Positions 39,847-52,778 of a stretch of 64,000 nt of DNA are shown piece by piece; positions within the stretch are counted from its first letter, which is position 1; each line of letters starts with the position of its first letter. The DNA lies in NCBI GenBank assembly GCA_951406725.2, contig OX597814.1, positions 212,350,001-212,414,000 on the forward strand, in the 5' to 3' direction. This DNA comes from Octopus vulgaris (lineage: Eukaryota). Under the pieces are notes generated by a model that ran no database searches, was not told where the DNA came from, and worked only from the letters and a program-made list of their open reading frames with translations. A program made the position numbers and the translations under genes.

Positions 39847-40539
39847 TATAAACTCATATGAATACACAAGCACACGCACACACAGAGTCACACACACAGA
39901 GGCACATTATCCTAAGTATTTCATGTTTTGTGACAAAGCTGAGTTCTTGTGAACAACATATTTCGAAGCTATGGATTTCACGTAATAGGAATGAAGGAGC
40001 TGTACTCTGTTGTTCACAGTCTTTTACAAATTTCAGTATCAGGGACGGGGAGTCTAATGTTAGGGGGCCTAGTGGGGGTAATCTATACTTACGTTGATAC
40101 TTTGTTGGATAGAGTTAACTACATACTAGGTGCGCTCCGTTATGCTCCTCTCAGTTTCTACATTACTGTTACTTGAGTTGGCCGTAACTAATATTTTAAT
40201 GTCGTCTACCTACTTACAGTAAAGCACAAGTGTTGTGGACTGTTCTGCTAAGAATTGCTTAAGTTTTCTGTCCCACCAGGTCATAAAAAGGCCGGTCATA
40301 TCTCCAGCTACACTGACAAAAATGGTTGCACCTTGAACGTTTACTATATGGTTCTTGAAGGTGGTTCTTATGCTAACCCCTATAGCATGTGCAATCATTC
40401 GTTTTACCAGATTGTTGTTCTCAGGGACTTCATACCCCTATACGCAGAGTTTATATATATATATATATATATATATACAAGTAGAATAGATTGTGGGCTA
40501 TTATATAGACTTCTGCATATATGTGTGTGCCTATCTATC

Positions 40540-40596
<57 letters not shown>

Positions 40597-40894
40597 ATAT
40601 ATATATATTTAAAAATTCATATACGTATACATATGTATATACGTATATATATATATATATATATAATTAATCAATATAGGGTGGCAAAAGAAAAATTTGT
40701 AGAATTCTTTTGCCACCAGCGGCCTAGTAGGAAAAAATTAAAATAGTCATAGACCATTTTTAAGTTCAACATCAACAATAAAGGAACGGCCATAATAGGC
40801 CATTCACCCACTAGAAATAACAGCCAAAGCTTCAACCGCAAATAAAAGTTAATTCAGTAAACCAGGAGAAAATTTAAAAAACATTTACCCTGTA

Positions 40895-41001
40895 ATTTCT
40901 TATACGATATACCGTTTCATCTGCTGATTAATGGTAAACTAACCTGATTAAATTAAATCAAGCCAATCTTCCACAGGCCCTCAGATTCTTCAGTAAGAAA
41001 T
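40895..41001 (-). ncRNA. Type I hammerhead ribozyme (H1 copy 5)
   Basis: Intact core and stems as in locus 1. Confidence 0.88.
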
Positions 41002-41544
41002 AGCCCAAGACGGAACAGATATTTTCACGAGGCATTTCCGACGTTGCCAAGTTTATATCTGACCTAAAATTTTCAAATCGTCGCACTCGCGCCAAATTTA
41101 TCGGCAGCAAATAAATATAAGCCGTCGATTCCATTACGGAATTAACCAGAAAATTCATAATTAATCAATATAGGGTGGCAAAAAAAATTTTGTAGAATTC
41201 TTTTGCCACCAGCGGCCTAGTAGGAAAAAATTAAAATAGTCATAGACCATTTTTAAGTTCAACATCAACAATAAAGGAACGGCCATAATAGGCCATTCAC
41301 CCACTGACTATTTTAATTTTTTCCTACTAGGCCGCTGGTGGCAAAAGAATTCTACAAAATTTTTTTGCCACCCTATATTGATTAATTATGAATTTTCTGG
41401 TTAATTCCGTAATGGAATCGACGGCTTATATTTATTTGCTGCCGATAAATTTGGCGCGAGTGCGACGATTTGAAAATTTTAGGTCAGATATAAACTTGGC
41501 AACGTCGGAAATGCCTCGTGAAAATATCTGTTCCGTCTTGGGCT

Positions 41545-41651
41545 ATTTCTTACTGAAGAATCTGAGGGCCTGTGGAAGATTGGCTTGATTTAATTTAATC
41601 AGGTTAGTTTACCATTAATCAGCAGATGAAACGGTATATCGTATAAGAAAT
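41545..41651 (+). ncRNA. Type I hammerhead ribozyme (H1 copy 6)
   Basis: Intact core and stems; predicted cut after 41643. Confidence 0.88.
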
Positions 41652-41779
41652 TACAGGGTAAATGTTTTTAAATTTTCTCCTGGTTTACTGAATTAACTTT
41701 TATTTGCGGTTGAAGCTTTGGCTGTTATTTCTAGTGGGTGAATGGCCTATTATTGTTGATATATATATATATATATATA

Positions 41780-42441
41780 TATGATATAAAATCCGTTCTG
41801 TCTGTGTGTGTGTGTGTGTTTTCTAGCATCTCGGGCATCCTCCATCTGGTTGCGCTCAAATTTGATATGTAGATACCGACGGTATCAAGGCGTGTATATG
41901 TCTTGAAAAAAATTACAAAAATTGATTCCAGGTGAGAATGCGATCGATAAAGCCGTGGAATGCGATCGACATACCCGTGGAAACGTGCATTTGTACGCGC
42001 AAATATATATATAAATATATATAATCCGTCCATCTAGATTTACCTCCAGCTAATCCATTTGCATGCATCATTTTTATCCTGCTTTTCTTCCGTCAGTCTG
42101 TACACAACTGCACCCTCCATTTTTTTGTTGTTCTTGTCCTGCTTAAAAGCACGTTTCTCTTCTTCTAGGCTTACTGTTTAAACCATGTTTGTGTTCTCCT
42201 AGTCAACAGCCTTATCATTACTGGTAAATTAAACTCTTCTTTTGCCTATTTGTGTGGATAAAATGGTTTTTCTTTGGAATATAAAAAAGTCTATCTTTAT
42301 TTCTTCTTTTGCTCGTGTCTCAAATTTAGGTTATATCAGTGTTTCTCAAAGGGGAGGCCTATGGGACGGTCGGACAAGTTATCTTGAGAAAATTTGGTTT
42401 AAATGTTTGACAACTCAGCACCGTCCATTGGACGGGGGGCG

Positions 42442-42446
<5 letters not shown>
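41780..42446 (+). mobile_element. Non-autonomous Helitron/Helentron-like repeat
   Basis: Homolog of 2338-3010; subterminal palindrome CCGTCCA-T-TGGACGG (42421-42435). Confidence 0.55.
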
Positions 42447-42519
<73 letters not shown>

Positions 42520-42520
<1 letters not shown>

Positions 42521-42577
42521 TAAAACGCCCCCCGTCCAATGGACGGTGCTGAGTTGTCAAACATTTAAACCAAATTT
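42520..42577 (-). repeat. Inverted duplicate of the preceding element terminus
   Basis: Exact reverse complement of ~42390-42446 across a (CA)n(TA)n spacer. Confidence 0.85.
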
Positions 42578-42586
42578 AAATATAGA

Positions 42587-42640
<54 letters not shown>

Positions 42641-42644
<4 letters not shown>

Positions 42645-42832
42645 GCTAGCGTTTTTCCGATGACGGGATAACTGAAGAGATGGCGGCGTAAATTTCCACC
42701 TCGGCATCCGGAATTCGGAGTTTTATCATGGCTACTGAATAATTGACGCATATTATATTTACAGATAAATTCCTCTATTTACATAATATCGAGGTCTCTT
42801 TCTTTCTTTTGTTATCTTACCGTTTTTATCAA
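42641..42832 (+). mobile_element. TA-flanked PLE-terminal-like fragment with degenerate HHR-like motif
   Basis: CCGATGA-CGGGAT..ATCCG-GAAT-TCGGAG-TT; stem I not evident. Confidence 0.35.
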
Positions 42833-42839
42833 TATATAT

Positions 42840-43270
42840 AGGGGAAAAGAGAAAACTACGCTGAACTATTGAGAAATCTGAAGTTACTCTATCCCGATTA
42901 CAAGTTCAGGTTTATACCTGTAATTAATTAGGTCCTGGGATATGTAACACACTGCCTAAATAACAATCTTGCTTGGAGAAATTAGGCTTCTCAAAAAAAG
43001 AAAGGAGAAAGCTAATTCGAAGATCCAATCCATCTCTGGAACTGTAAAAATCTGTAAAGCTTTCCAGAAATTTATCGTTTAGAAATACATGAACATGTCT
43101 AGATATCCAATTATATCCATAAGTATAAATGCATAAAACATACACATCTGCACCTACATACATGCATACATACATACATAAATACATACATACATACATG
43201 AATGCATACATACATACATACATACATACATACATACATACATACATACATGTATGCATACATACATGCA

Positions 43271-43300
<30 letters not shown>
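42840..43300 (+). mobile_element. RLE-type LINE 3' end with (CATA)n tail
   Basis: KRENYAELLRNLKLLYPDYKFRFIPVI..LGYVT..SISGTVKICKAFQKFIV*. Confidence 0.65.
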
Positions 43301-43304
<4 letters not shown>

Positions 43305-43384
43305 CATAATACAAGAAATCTTGAAATAAACTGAATAATGACATGCGCACATATATATGTCATTGCGCACGCACACTCACTCAC

Positions 43385-43552
43385 ACACATGCGCACAAAC
43401 AAACAAAAAGTACGCAGCTAGGATAAAAGACAGAGGCTGCAAGATGCAACGAAAATTTTAGAAAAAAATAAATAAGTAAATGAGTGGAAACTGAACCGGT
43501 GAGTGTGTTAAATAATAAGGTGCTAAAAGAGAATGACTCACTCCAGACACAG
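43385..43552 (-). repeat. Family D copy
   Basis: Inverse of 26670-26850. Confidence 0.7.
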
Positions 43553-44229
43553 CAAAAATATCTATACATGTGTATGTGTGTGCGTGTATTTGTGTGTGAG
43601 CACGCACACAAGCATATGCGTGTATTGTGGGTGGCATGATAAGTAGAGGAAGTGATATATACGTTTGTTTCTGTTCTGTTAAGATTAACTTCCGTTGGAA
43701 TCTTTAGGGCAGTTATATTCATATATGTTCTCTTATTGGAAATACCTCTTAATTAGACTACATTATATGGAAATTGATGGCGGCCATTAACAATGCATTT
43801 GCCTACCATAGTTTATAGCTGATAAAGTCCTATAGCTACCAACTAATTTTCTGTGTGACCACTAGTTGATAACCTTTGAGATATACTAATCCATTTGCAT
43901 CTTTTGCAACATATACATTCGTCAGAACACTGAGTTTCAACGTAAGTTGGTCCCATTCATTTCAAAATCGATTGACTCCAAATGTGCTTTCAATATGTAA
44001 TGCATATAATATTAAAAATATTCAATTTCTGCATTTATTTTGAATAGTTTCATAGCAGAATCGTACAAATATAGTAGTAAATTTACCTACTGTTTAATAT
44101 ATCATTAATACATATTTGGTATTAAGAACAAATTACTTTAGAACTAAAGTTAAATGAAGCCTGCTTTTGTAAACAAACAAATCCATCATAGCGGCACTTT
44201 ATTCTAATAAGAAATCTGTATGTCTCCAA

Positions 44230-45450
44230 GCTCTGATTTATATGTAAGGTCTTGTAAGGTCAGAACGCATGCTATTTTCAATATCTAATCTACTTCGTTG
44301 ATTTATTTTCAGTTGCAAAAGTATTGAAAACGTTGACTCGCCAATAAATGTTGATACAAACGGAAGCGATATAAAATACCCTTTTCTTCTTCTGCTGTGT
44401 AAGAATTGCACATCAACGACCAAATATCTGTGATTTCCTTCCCATTAAATTTCCTATTAAATATATTTCTTGTGGCCGAATTAGATATTGATTCAAGGAA
44501 TTCATAGTGACATTCATCAGGAACACTTATTTCAATTGATGATTTGAATGCCTTTCACATTAAATCAACTAATCAACACAGAGTTCTGGTATGTATCGGC
44601 AGAATCCATTGTCAAGTATTATCAAATGCTCTCTAATTCCATTTTCTGCATATTTTGGCGGCTCTTGAATTAAGGACTCTTTCTCATAGATTGCACCATT
44701 TCTAATAGCGATCTTCTTCATTTTCCAGATTGCACAGAAAGTATTTCAAGGAATCTGTTAACTTATAAAGTTTGTACTCCTCCCTGCATCTGAACATTCG
44801 GTTTACGAACCTGCTAAACATTTCAAGTACATAGTGAAAACATACAATCTATTTTCAACATGTAACCAAGCAAAACCTTCTGCCACATCGTGAGTTCCCA
44901 CATGTGCGTAATTAATCGCTCGTTTACATTTTTAGAAAAACATCGTACATTTATCTGATTGGTGACGTGATTCATGCTTTGCATTCATGTGAATGCGTAG
45001 CTTCTTAAAAATGGTTGGGTGGCAATTTGAATTGCCTGTTCGGGAACGTTCACTAGAGGAGCTGTCTTTATCAAGTGACAGGTGACTGATGGTAAGTCCT
45101 ACTGTGAATGCATTTCTCTTTTGGTACTCACTTTTCACGCAAACTTGAAATCCAAAGTTTTTCCCCAACGTAGCTGGTTCTCCATCTGTATAGCACACGC
45201 AGATATTATTCCCCCAAAAAGATTTTATGAATCAAAGAAAGGTTAAATATTTTCCAAACTCTCTGAGGTTACAAAGTAAACGATACAGAAACTCCGCTTT
45301 ATATGAACATATCTTGAATACACCAAGAACTAGGATGACGATGGTACACCTCTTGATTGATCAAGCTGAATAGAACATGATCAAGCTGCTGCTTAATTGA
45401 TCTTCTGCACACCTTGATGCTTGATAGCCCTTGATCCTTCTCTTTATAGT
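44230..45450 (-). mobile_element. hAT (Buster/Charlie-like) transposase fossil
   Basis: CYTDGEPATLGKNFGF and C-terminal LPFVSTFIGESTFSILLQLK..RSRLDIENSMR. Confidence 0.8.
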
Positions 45451-46364
45451 ATTGTTCGATTTTGAAGCAACTGCTATTATTTTTCCTTTTTTTTTAATTT
45501 GATAAATTTTGATAATTAGAAATATCATCAAATTACTTTGACGAAATTTACGCTTTGGATATATTCCAAGTATTATCGTGAGATCATTGACATCCAGCTT
45601 ATATTTAGACTTAATCTCAGCCGAAAAAAATATGAGCGAATTATTTAAACTATGAAGACACTACATTTAAAAAGCAAGCACAAACATACTGCACCGTTAA
45701 ACATTCACATCCATCAGGAAGCATGTCTCTACAAAATTGCAGGATTTTTCTCCGAGTACTTCAATTTATTTATATATCTATGTATGTTTACTATACACAC
45801 ATGCTGGTATTTATGTATGTGTGTGTACAAACACGAATATAAATAAAAGTCGAAAACCAAAAATGCTACCTTGACGATACCGCTGAAATATTCTTCGATA
45901 AATAAATTCATTCAGTGAATTTTTATTCCGGATCGTGCTCTCTTAATTGTCTCTTAACCTCCGTAAAGAGTAAAGAGCGTGATTGATTTTATTGTATAAT
46001 GTATAAGAATTGGAAGGTTTTGTTCTGTCAGTTGCCAAAATAGTTTGGTGTTCAAGCAAAAAACGTAATAAAAATTAGAGCTTTATGAGTTTTGTTGCTT
46101 TTCGCAGTTGACTTCTCAGCCGTTTTCATTTCACAAGTTAAGTTAAGTTAATTTTTTGGCTCAAGAAGATGCCAATCTTGTTACTATTCACTTACAAATC
46201 GAAAAATTCGAAATCGTGACTTCCTTCTTTTAAACAACACAGTATTTTACCGGCAAAATTGAGTCATCTGTTATTCCTAGATACATGCAAATGAAGACAG
46301 GTTATACCTCGATGTGTTACATCAAATACATAAGACATAAAAAGGTAAGTGGACATAGTATAAA

Positions 46365-46600
46365 AATGTGTGTGCATGTGTGTCTTTGTACCTGTGTTTC
46401 TCTCCCATCACCGTTTGACAACCGGTTTTGTTGTTTACGTTTCTGTAACTTCGCTGTGCGGCAAAAGAGGAGAGGATTATAAAATATGTACTAGGCTTAA
46501 ATAATATGTCCTGGGGACGATTTGTTGGGATACAAATCCCTTCAAGGGTGTGCTCCAGCATTGTCAATCAAATAAATGAAGGAAGCACAAAAGCATAAAA
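46365..46600 (+). mobile_element. Diverged SINE S1 3' half
   Basis: TTGACAACCG..GTACTAGGCTTA..GTGTGCTCCAGCAT. Confidence 0.7.
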
Positions 46601-46759
46601 GAATACAATTCGAAGAAATCAGATATATATAAATTTATAAATATATAATCTAGTACAAACGTGTAAAAGCAGTTCTAAGTATACATTTTTAGCCCCAGTT
46701 ATGTATTAGGTTTTACTTTTCAAGCCACAGGTTCGTGTAAATAAAGTAAATTAACAGGA

Positions 46760-46916
46760 GGCGGAGGAGTGGCTGTGTGGTAAGTAACCAACCACATGGT
46801 TTCGGGTTCAGTCCCACAGCGTGGCATCATGGGCAAGTGTCTTCTGCTATAGCCCCGGGCCGACCAATGCCTTGTGAGTGGATTTGGTAGACAGAAACTG
46901 AAAGAAGCCTGTCATA

Positions 46917-46965
<49 letters not shown>

Positions 46966-47190
46966 ATGTGTGCGTGTGTTGTGTGTCTGTGTTTGTCCCC
47001 CTAGCATTGCTTGACAACCGATGCTGGTGTGTTTACGTCCCCGTCACTTAGCGGTTCGGCAAAAGAGACTGATAGAATAAGTACTGGGCTTACAACGAAT
47101 AAGTCCTGGGGTCGATTTGCTCGACTAGAGGCGGTGCTCCAGCGTGGCCGCAGTCAAATGACTGAAACAAGTAAAAGAGTAAAAGAGTAA
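46760..47190 (+). mobile_element. SINE S1, near full length, flanked by a 109-bp direct duplication
   Basis: S1 head and tail; direct repeats at 46646-46754 and 47188-47296. Confidence 0.9.
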
Positions 47191-47587
47191 TCTAGTACAT
47201 ACGTGTAAAAGCAGTTCCAAGTATACATTTTTAGCCACAGTTATGTATTAGTTTTTACTTTTCAAGTCACAGCTTGGTGTAAATAAAGTAAATTAAGAGA
47301 AATAACGAAAATATTTAGACAAGCTATACGCTGTAATGATCGGTTTGACGGCGTTATAGTGGGTCATACATCTGAAAACACACTCCTGAGCTGAAGCATT
47401 AGCTTTTATACATGCAGCCAAACAAACACACACACACACAGTAACGCATATATTCATGTGTGTGTATGTGTACGTGTGTGTGTGTGGTTGTGCTTTATTT
47501 GAATGTTTCAATATAAAATGGACGACATGTTTTGAAAATCTGAGGGCAAAAGAAATATTAGTTTGTTACCTGTAATTTATTTACCAG

Positions 47588-47625
47588 TTGTAATATTTCG
47601 GGACTAAAACCCTTCATCAGAAGGC
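47588..47625 (-). ncRNA. Minimal PLE-type hammerhead-like motif
   Basis: Minus-strand CTGATGA-A-GGG-TTTTAGT-CCC-GAAA-TATTA; stem I not evident. Confidence 0.5.
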
Positions 47626-47914
47626 TGAGGGGAGGAACAGTTTGGAGCTGTGTGTCACTGTTATTATAGTCTCATCTTGTTGCTGTCTCTGTTTTTAAGT
47701 TTTTTTCTCATTGTAGTCGCCAGGAATATGAAGATGAAATCATGTGTGGACTGTCAGAAAATAGTGTTCGCATGGTACAAAAGTGCGCATTTTTGAAGCC
47801 TTCGAATAATGCACTACTTTATACGTACATTACACACAATGTTTCAAGCAAGCTATATATATATATAAGAATGAATGTTTTTATATATAATGAACGTGAA
47901 ATACAGGAAGGGAC

Positions 47915-48060
47915 GAACACGGAACACAGACAAATCATTCGAAGCCTTCAATCTTCAGTCAGACACCGAATCATCATAGCAAATTTCGGCTGTTCAATTC
48001 TGATATTTGCTCCAACTCGGCCAGCCCCAAGAAAAAAAACTAAGCTGTAAGCATTAGATT
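47915..48060 (-). repeat. Interspersed repeat (family E)
   Basis: Inverse homolog of 50747-50870 (CTAATGCT.A.AGCTTAG..CTGGCC..TTGGAGCAA..CAGCCGAAATT..GACTGA.GAT..AAGGCTTC). Confidence 0.75.
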
Positions 48061-48286
48061 TCTTGGTAGAAGACAGGAATGTGAACGCACAAGACGGATG
48101 TGAATACAAGAGACGAAAACGAAATTGAAAACAGTAATGAATAAACAAAATATATATAACGGTGGTTGTCATACGACTTTAGACCAAATGAGACAAAAAC
48201 AGCAACAACAACATAGCTGGCGTAGAAATAATTACCGTTTCGGTAGCGGGGACACATGTTGGTCGAGATGTTTGTATGTATGTATG

Positions 48287-48319
<33 letters not shown>

Positions 48320-48770
48320 GTATTTATAGTCACACGGATATATATATTTATATAGATATATATATAAAGGGCGGAAGACCTCATGAGCAGTCAACGATCA
48401 TCAAAAAATATGTATACATGTGCATGTATGCATGTATGTATGCGCTGGTACTTAGAAATATACGGGTTGATGTTGTAGCTTGCGGTTGGCCCACTCGGAG
48501 TGTGATGTCGACGTGTTGTTGTTACATTTCCCTAGGAAAAGGCCACCCTGAGAGAAAAACTGCGACATTGAAAATATTCGATGATGTAGACTAGTTTTGC
48601 TTTTCGAGTTTCATGTTCAGAAACTGGAATTGCGCAAATTCTCTCCCGAAAGTTAAAAAAAGATCATCATGCATCAGCATTGCTTGAAAACTGAAAGTAA
48701 GGTCTATCACATGGCTGGTCGTATATTTCGCATTGCGATGGCAATACTCGGACGCGAGTTTGTGGCAATC

Positions 48771-48811
<41 letters not shown>

Positions 48812-48994
48812 TATTAGAGGGGAATCACTATGTGGACACCGTTATGCTAGAAAGAGATCCGCTATGGTCTTACCAATAAGAAATGTTCTCAAGAAAAATT
48901 TAGCAAAACAACCAAAACGTAATCGAGCAAGACAAATATATATATATCATATAGGCGAAGAAATCGACTCCATGACTTCTTTGTATGCCTAGTC

Positions 48995-49159
48995 TTCTAT
49001 GAGAGCCATTTGCCGAACCGCTAATTTAACGGTTATATTGCCAAAGGAACATCGGTTGTCAAGCGATGATGAGAGGGACGAGCACCGACACAGACGCAAC
49101 TACACACATACACACACGCACACATACACATATAGACACATACACATATACACACACAG

Positions 49160-49191
<32 letters not shown>

Positions 49192-49225
49192 GTACGACAG
49201 GCTTCATTCGATTTCCATCCACCAA
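48995..49225 (-). mobile_element. SINE S1 internal fragment
   Basis: TTTGCCGAACCGCTAA..CATCGGTTGTCAAGC..TACGACAGGCTT..TCCATCCACCAAAT. Confidence 0.7.
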
Positions 49226-49404
49226 ATGTTGGTGTATAAAGAAGTACAGTGGCGAAAGTAAGGACAACCTTCGATGTGGCAGTGACCACAGTCAGATGCA
49301 AAAGGGCTAGCAGCCTTGCCTATCATCGGTATTCTTCCCTCTGTCCACACACGCCACCTGAATTCAATTCGTCCCCAGTCGAAAGACGGCTAGTGTTATG
49401 TCAT

Positions 49405-49408
49405 GTTA

Positions 49409-49469
<61 letters not shown>

Positions 49470-49474
49470 CATCA

Positions 49475-49544
<70 letters not shown>

Positions 49545-49546
49545 CA

Positions 49547-49595
<49 letters not shown>

Positions 49596-49638
49596 CATTA
49601 TTATCAATATTACTATCAATATTATTATTATTATTATT
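49405..49638. repeat. (TTA)n microsatellite, tail or target of the adjacent LINE
   Basis: ~75 TTA/TCA units. Confidence 0.95.
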
Positions 49639-50530
49639 CAGTAGTATATTTTTATAGCGTGCCTTCACTTCACTACCGAGCACAGCTCTGTGCGCCTTGG
49701 CTATGTGCTGTGATTTGTTGTGGTAGGATGTATCCAGTGCCTAGTAGTGCACTTTTTTGTATGTTATATGTGTTTGTAAGTCCTGGTGTTTTTGTTATGT
49801 CTGAATATTTTTTTTATCATGCCTAATGCACCTACTACGATAGGAATTGTTTCTGTTTTTAGATTCCACATTCTAGTTACCTCTGTTTCCAGGTCTTTGT
49901 ATTTTGAAAGTTTCTCCATTTCTTTTAGAGACACGTTGTCATCCGCTGGTATTGATACATCAATTAGAAAGCATTTTTTCTTCATGATCTCTGACAACTA
50001 TATCTGGTCTGTTGGCCTTAATTTCTCTATCTGTGTGTATCGGCATATCCTAGAGTATGGTTGCTTTCTCGTTTTCTGTGACCTTTTCTGGTGTGTGCCT
50101 ATACCATCTTTTTTCTGTTGTTATTCCATAATGTTGGCATAGTTTCCAGTGTATATAGGTTCCAACTCTGTCATGTCTGTGAATATATTCATTCTTAGCC
50201 AGGACTGGGCAGCCAGAGATAATATGATTTATTGTTTCTTGTCCATCTCCACAAATTCTGCAGTTACTTGTTATATTTCTTTTCATTACATGTTTTTGGT
50301 AATTTCTGGTGGGGAGGTTTTGGTCTTGTGCTGCAATTAAAAATCTTTCTGTCTCTGCTTTGAGACCTGAGCTTCTCAACCATTGTTGGGATTTTTCTTT
50401 GTCTATTTCTTTTGCATTTAGTTTAGTCCAGTATTTGCCATGAAGGGGCTTTTCTTGCCATCGTTTTATCATGGCTCGTTGCTGTTCTATTTTTAGTTTG
50501 GATTTCATTTGTTTTATAGCTTTTGTTGTT
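49639..50530 (-). mobile_element. R4/Dong-like retrotransposon, 5'-truncated (CCHC zinc knuckle + RLE)
   Basis: WQEKPLHGKY, AAQDQ, CRICGDGQETINHIISGCPVLA, YIHRHDRV, FLIDVSIPAD, EKLSKYKDL, IPIVVGALG; (TAA)n on both sides. Confidence 0.92.
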
Positions 50531-50593
50531 TCTTCATCTTCTTCTTCTTCTTCTTCTTCTTCTTCTTCTTCTTCTTCTTCTTCTTCTTCTTCT

Positions 50594-50672
<79 letters not shown>
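50530..50672. repeat. (TTC)n + (TTA)n microsatellite
   Basis: Simple repeats. Confidence 0.95.
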
Positions 50673-50673
<1 letters not shown>

Positions 50674-50744
50674 TTTATTGTATGTTGAATTTATATTTGT
50701 GTAACTTCGTCTATTTTTCCGTCCTTGTTTCCGTATATATTCGA

Positions 50745-50949
50745 TACTAATGCTCATAGCTTAGGTTTTCTCTTGAGACTGGCCAGATTGGAGCAATCTC
50801 AATATTAATCAGCCGAAATTGCGAGAATGATCCGGTTCTTGACTGAGGATAAAAGGCTTCCAATGACCCTTCTGCTTTTTTTGTATCGTCTGTCCCTTTT
50901 TTTATCACCTAGTTGTCCGGATGATTTGCGTTCTTTGTTTCTTTTTGTA

Positions 50950-50950
<1 letters not shown>
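50745..50950 (+). repeat. Family E copy ending at (TA)n
   Basis: Homolog of 47915-48060; a weaker inverted relative lies at ~51080-51220. Confidence 0.7.
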
Positions 50951-51038
<88 letters not shown>

Positions 51039-51329
51039 CGGCGCACGTACGCTTTGTTCTCTTATATATATATATATATTAAAAAGTCGAACAAAAACAC
51101 AATAGAGGACAATAAAACGTTCGGACAGATAGACGATACAAAGGAGGACAGAAGAAACAACAATTAGAAGGGCTGGTAAGAAAATTGACGGGTCCTTCGT
51201 GGCCTTCTTTCTTCAGTCATATATGTTGGTGTGTGTAGGCATGTATGTATGCATACATGTGAACGCAAACAACTTACAAACATAATGCACACAACTAAAT
51301 TCAAATAAACAGACAGAGAGATACAAATT

Positions 51330-51415
<86 letters not shown>
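51330..51415. repeat. (GATA)n microsatellite
   Basis: Pure run. Confidence 0.95.
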
Positions 51416-52469
51416 CATGGATGGATTAATTGATTGATTGGTAGATTTACAGTATTGGTAAACGCAATGTCTGGTTATTGTTACTTTTGTCGTTCTTCTT
51501 GTTTCCTATTGTCCCTTGCCAATTTAACTTCTTTTCGTCTATGTAGAAGTTTTAATTAAATAATTGATTAATTAGTTACTATTCTTGACGAAATTTCAAC
51601 TGTCTGCAAATCATAGACTGTGAACTGTAGATTTAAAGTGTCCGTTGTGTACATTCAATCTGTTAATCTTTGGTCCCAATGCCCCATTGAAGCTCTGGTT
51701 CCATTCAGCCTGCGGTGATTTACATGGGTTGAAGATCAGGGTTGTAAAGTCATTTGAAACTAACTTAGAATAGAACGAATATCAAACGTTATATATTTTT
51801 GTTATGGTAATGTTTTATATTTTCTTGATACATTTTAAGATTTGAGTCAGCAGGAAATTTGCAATATATTAGATTTTTTGTCATGTGTTAAACTATTCAA
51901 GACATTGAAGACTGCATGATATTAGAAAATATTGTCACGATCTAAACTCTTGATAATATTTTCATGCTGCATTTGCGTTTTCTACAAAGAGTTCACATTC
52001 ATAGGTGTGAATAATGTTTCTTCCGAATCATGGAGGAAAATACGTTATTATAGAGATTAATGGAAAGATCCACTTGAGAGCTAGCCTCTTCAACAACGTA
52101 TCTGAAAATCGATCCCTCGTATCAGTGTTCCTCCTGCAAAGTATATATTGTTTCCAAAGACATGATCTTAAATACGAAAGCTTCTTCCCACTTATATCTA
52201 GCGAGATGTTGAACGCTAAGGTCGTAAGGATGCGTAAGGTAGGAACCATATTAATCGGAAATGGATTCTATTTTGCTGCGATATTGATTTTCACGTAACA
52301 CACGGGGATAAAATGAAGAAGATGGGAAAGTTTTAGCAAGCAAAAGCATCTTTTGCGATATGCATCATACTGCAAAACTTATACGTGGCATTTTCACGCG
52401 CGTACATATACGAATATGTTGATAGAGGGATAAATAGACGTGATGTATGTGTGTGTGTATACATATATT

Positions 52470-52773
<304 letters not shown>

Positions 52774-52778
52774 GCTAT

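Larger units (their letters stand above)
40664..41760. mobile_element. Hammerhead-bearing tandem/inverted array, locus 2 (family H1)
   Basis: 494-nt unit x1.3 (40664-41305), then an inverted copy (41305-41760); TA flanks; highly similar to locus 1. Confidence 0.9.

Noticed and set aside
49249-49826. Long poly-I/Y/L/N ORFs (similarly 12664-13005, 31261-31599, 52385-52748, 53682-54239)
   Set aside because: Translation artefacts of microsatellites
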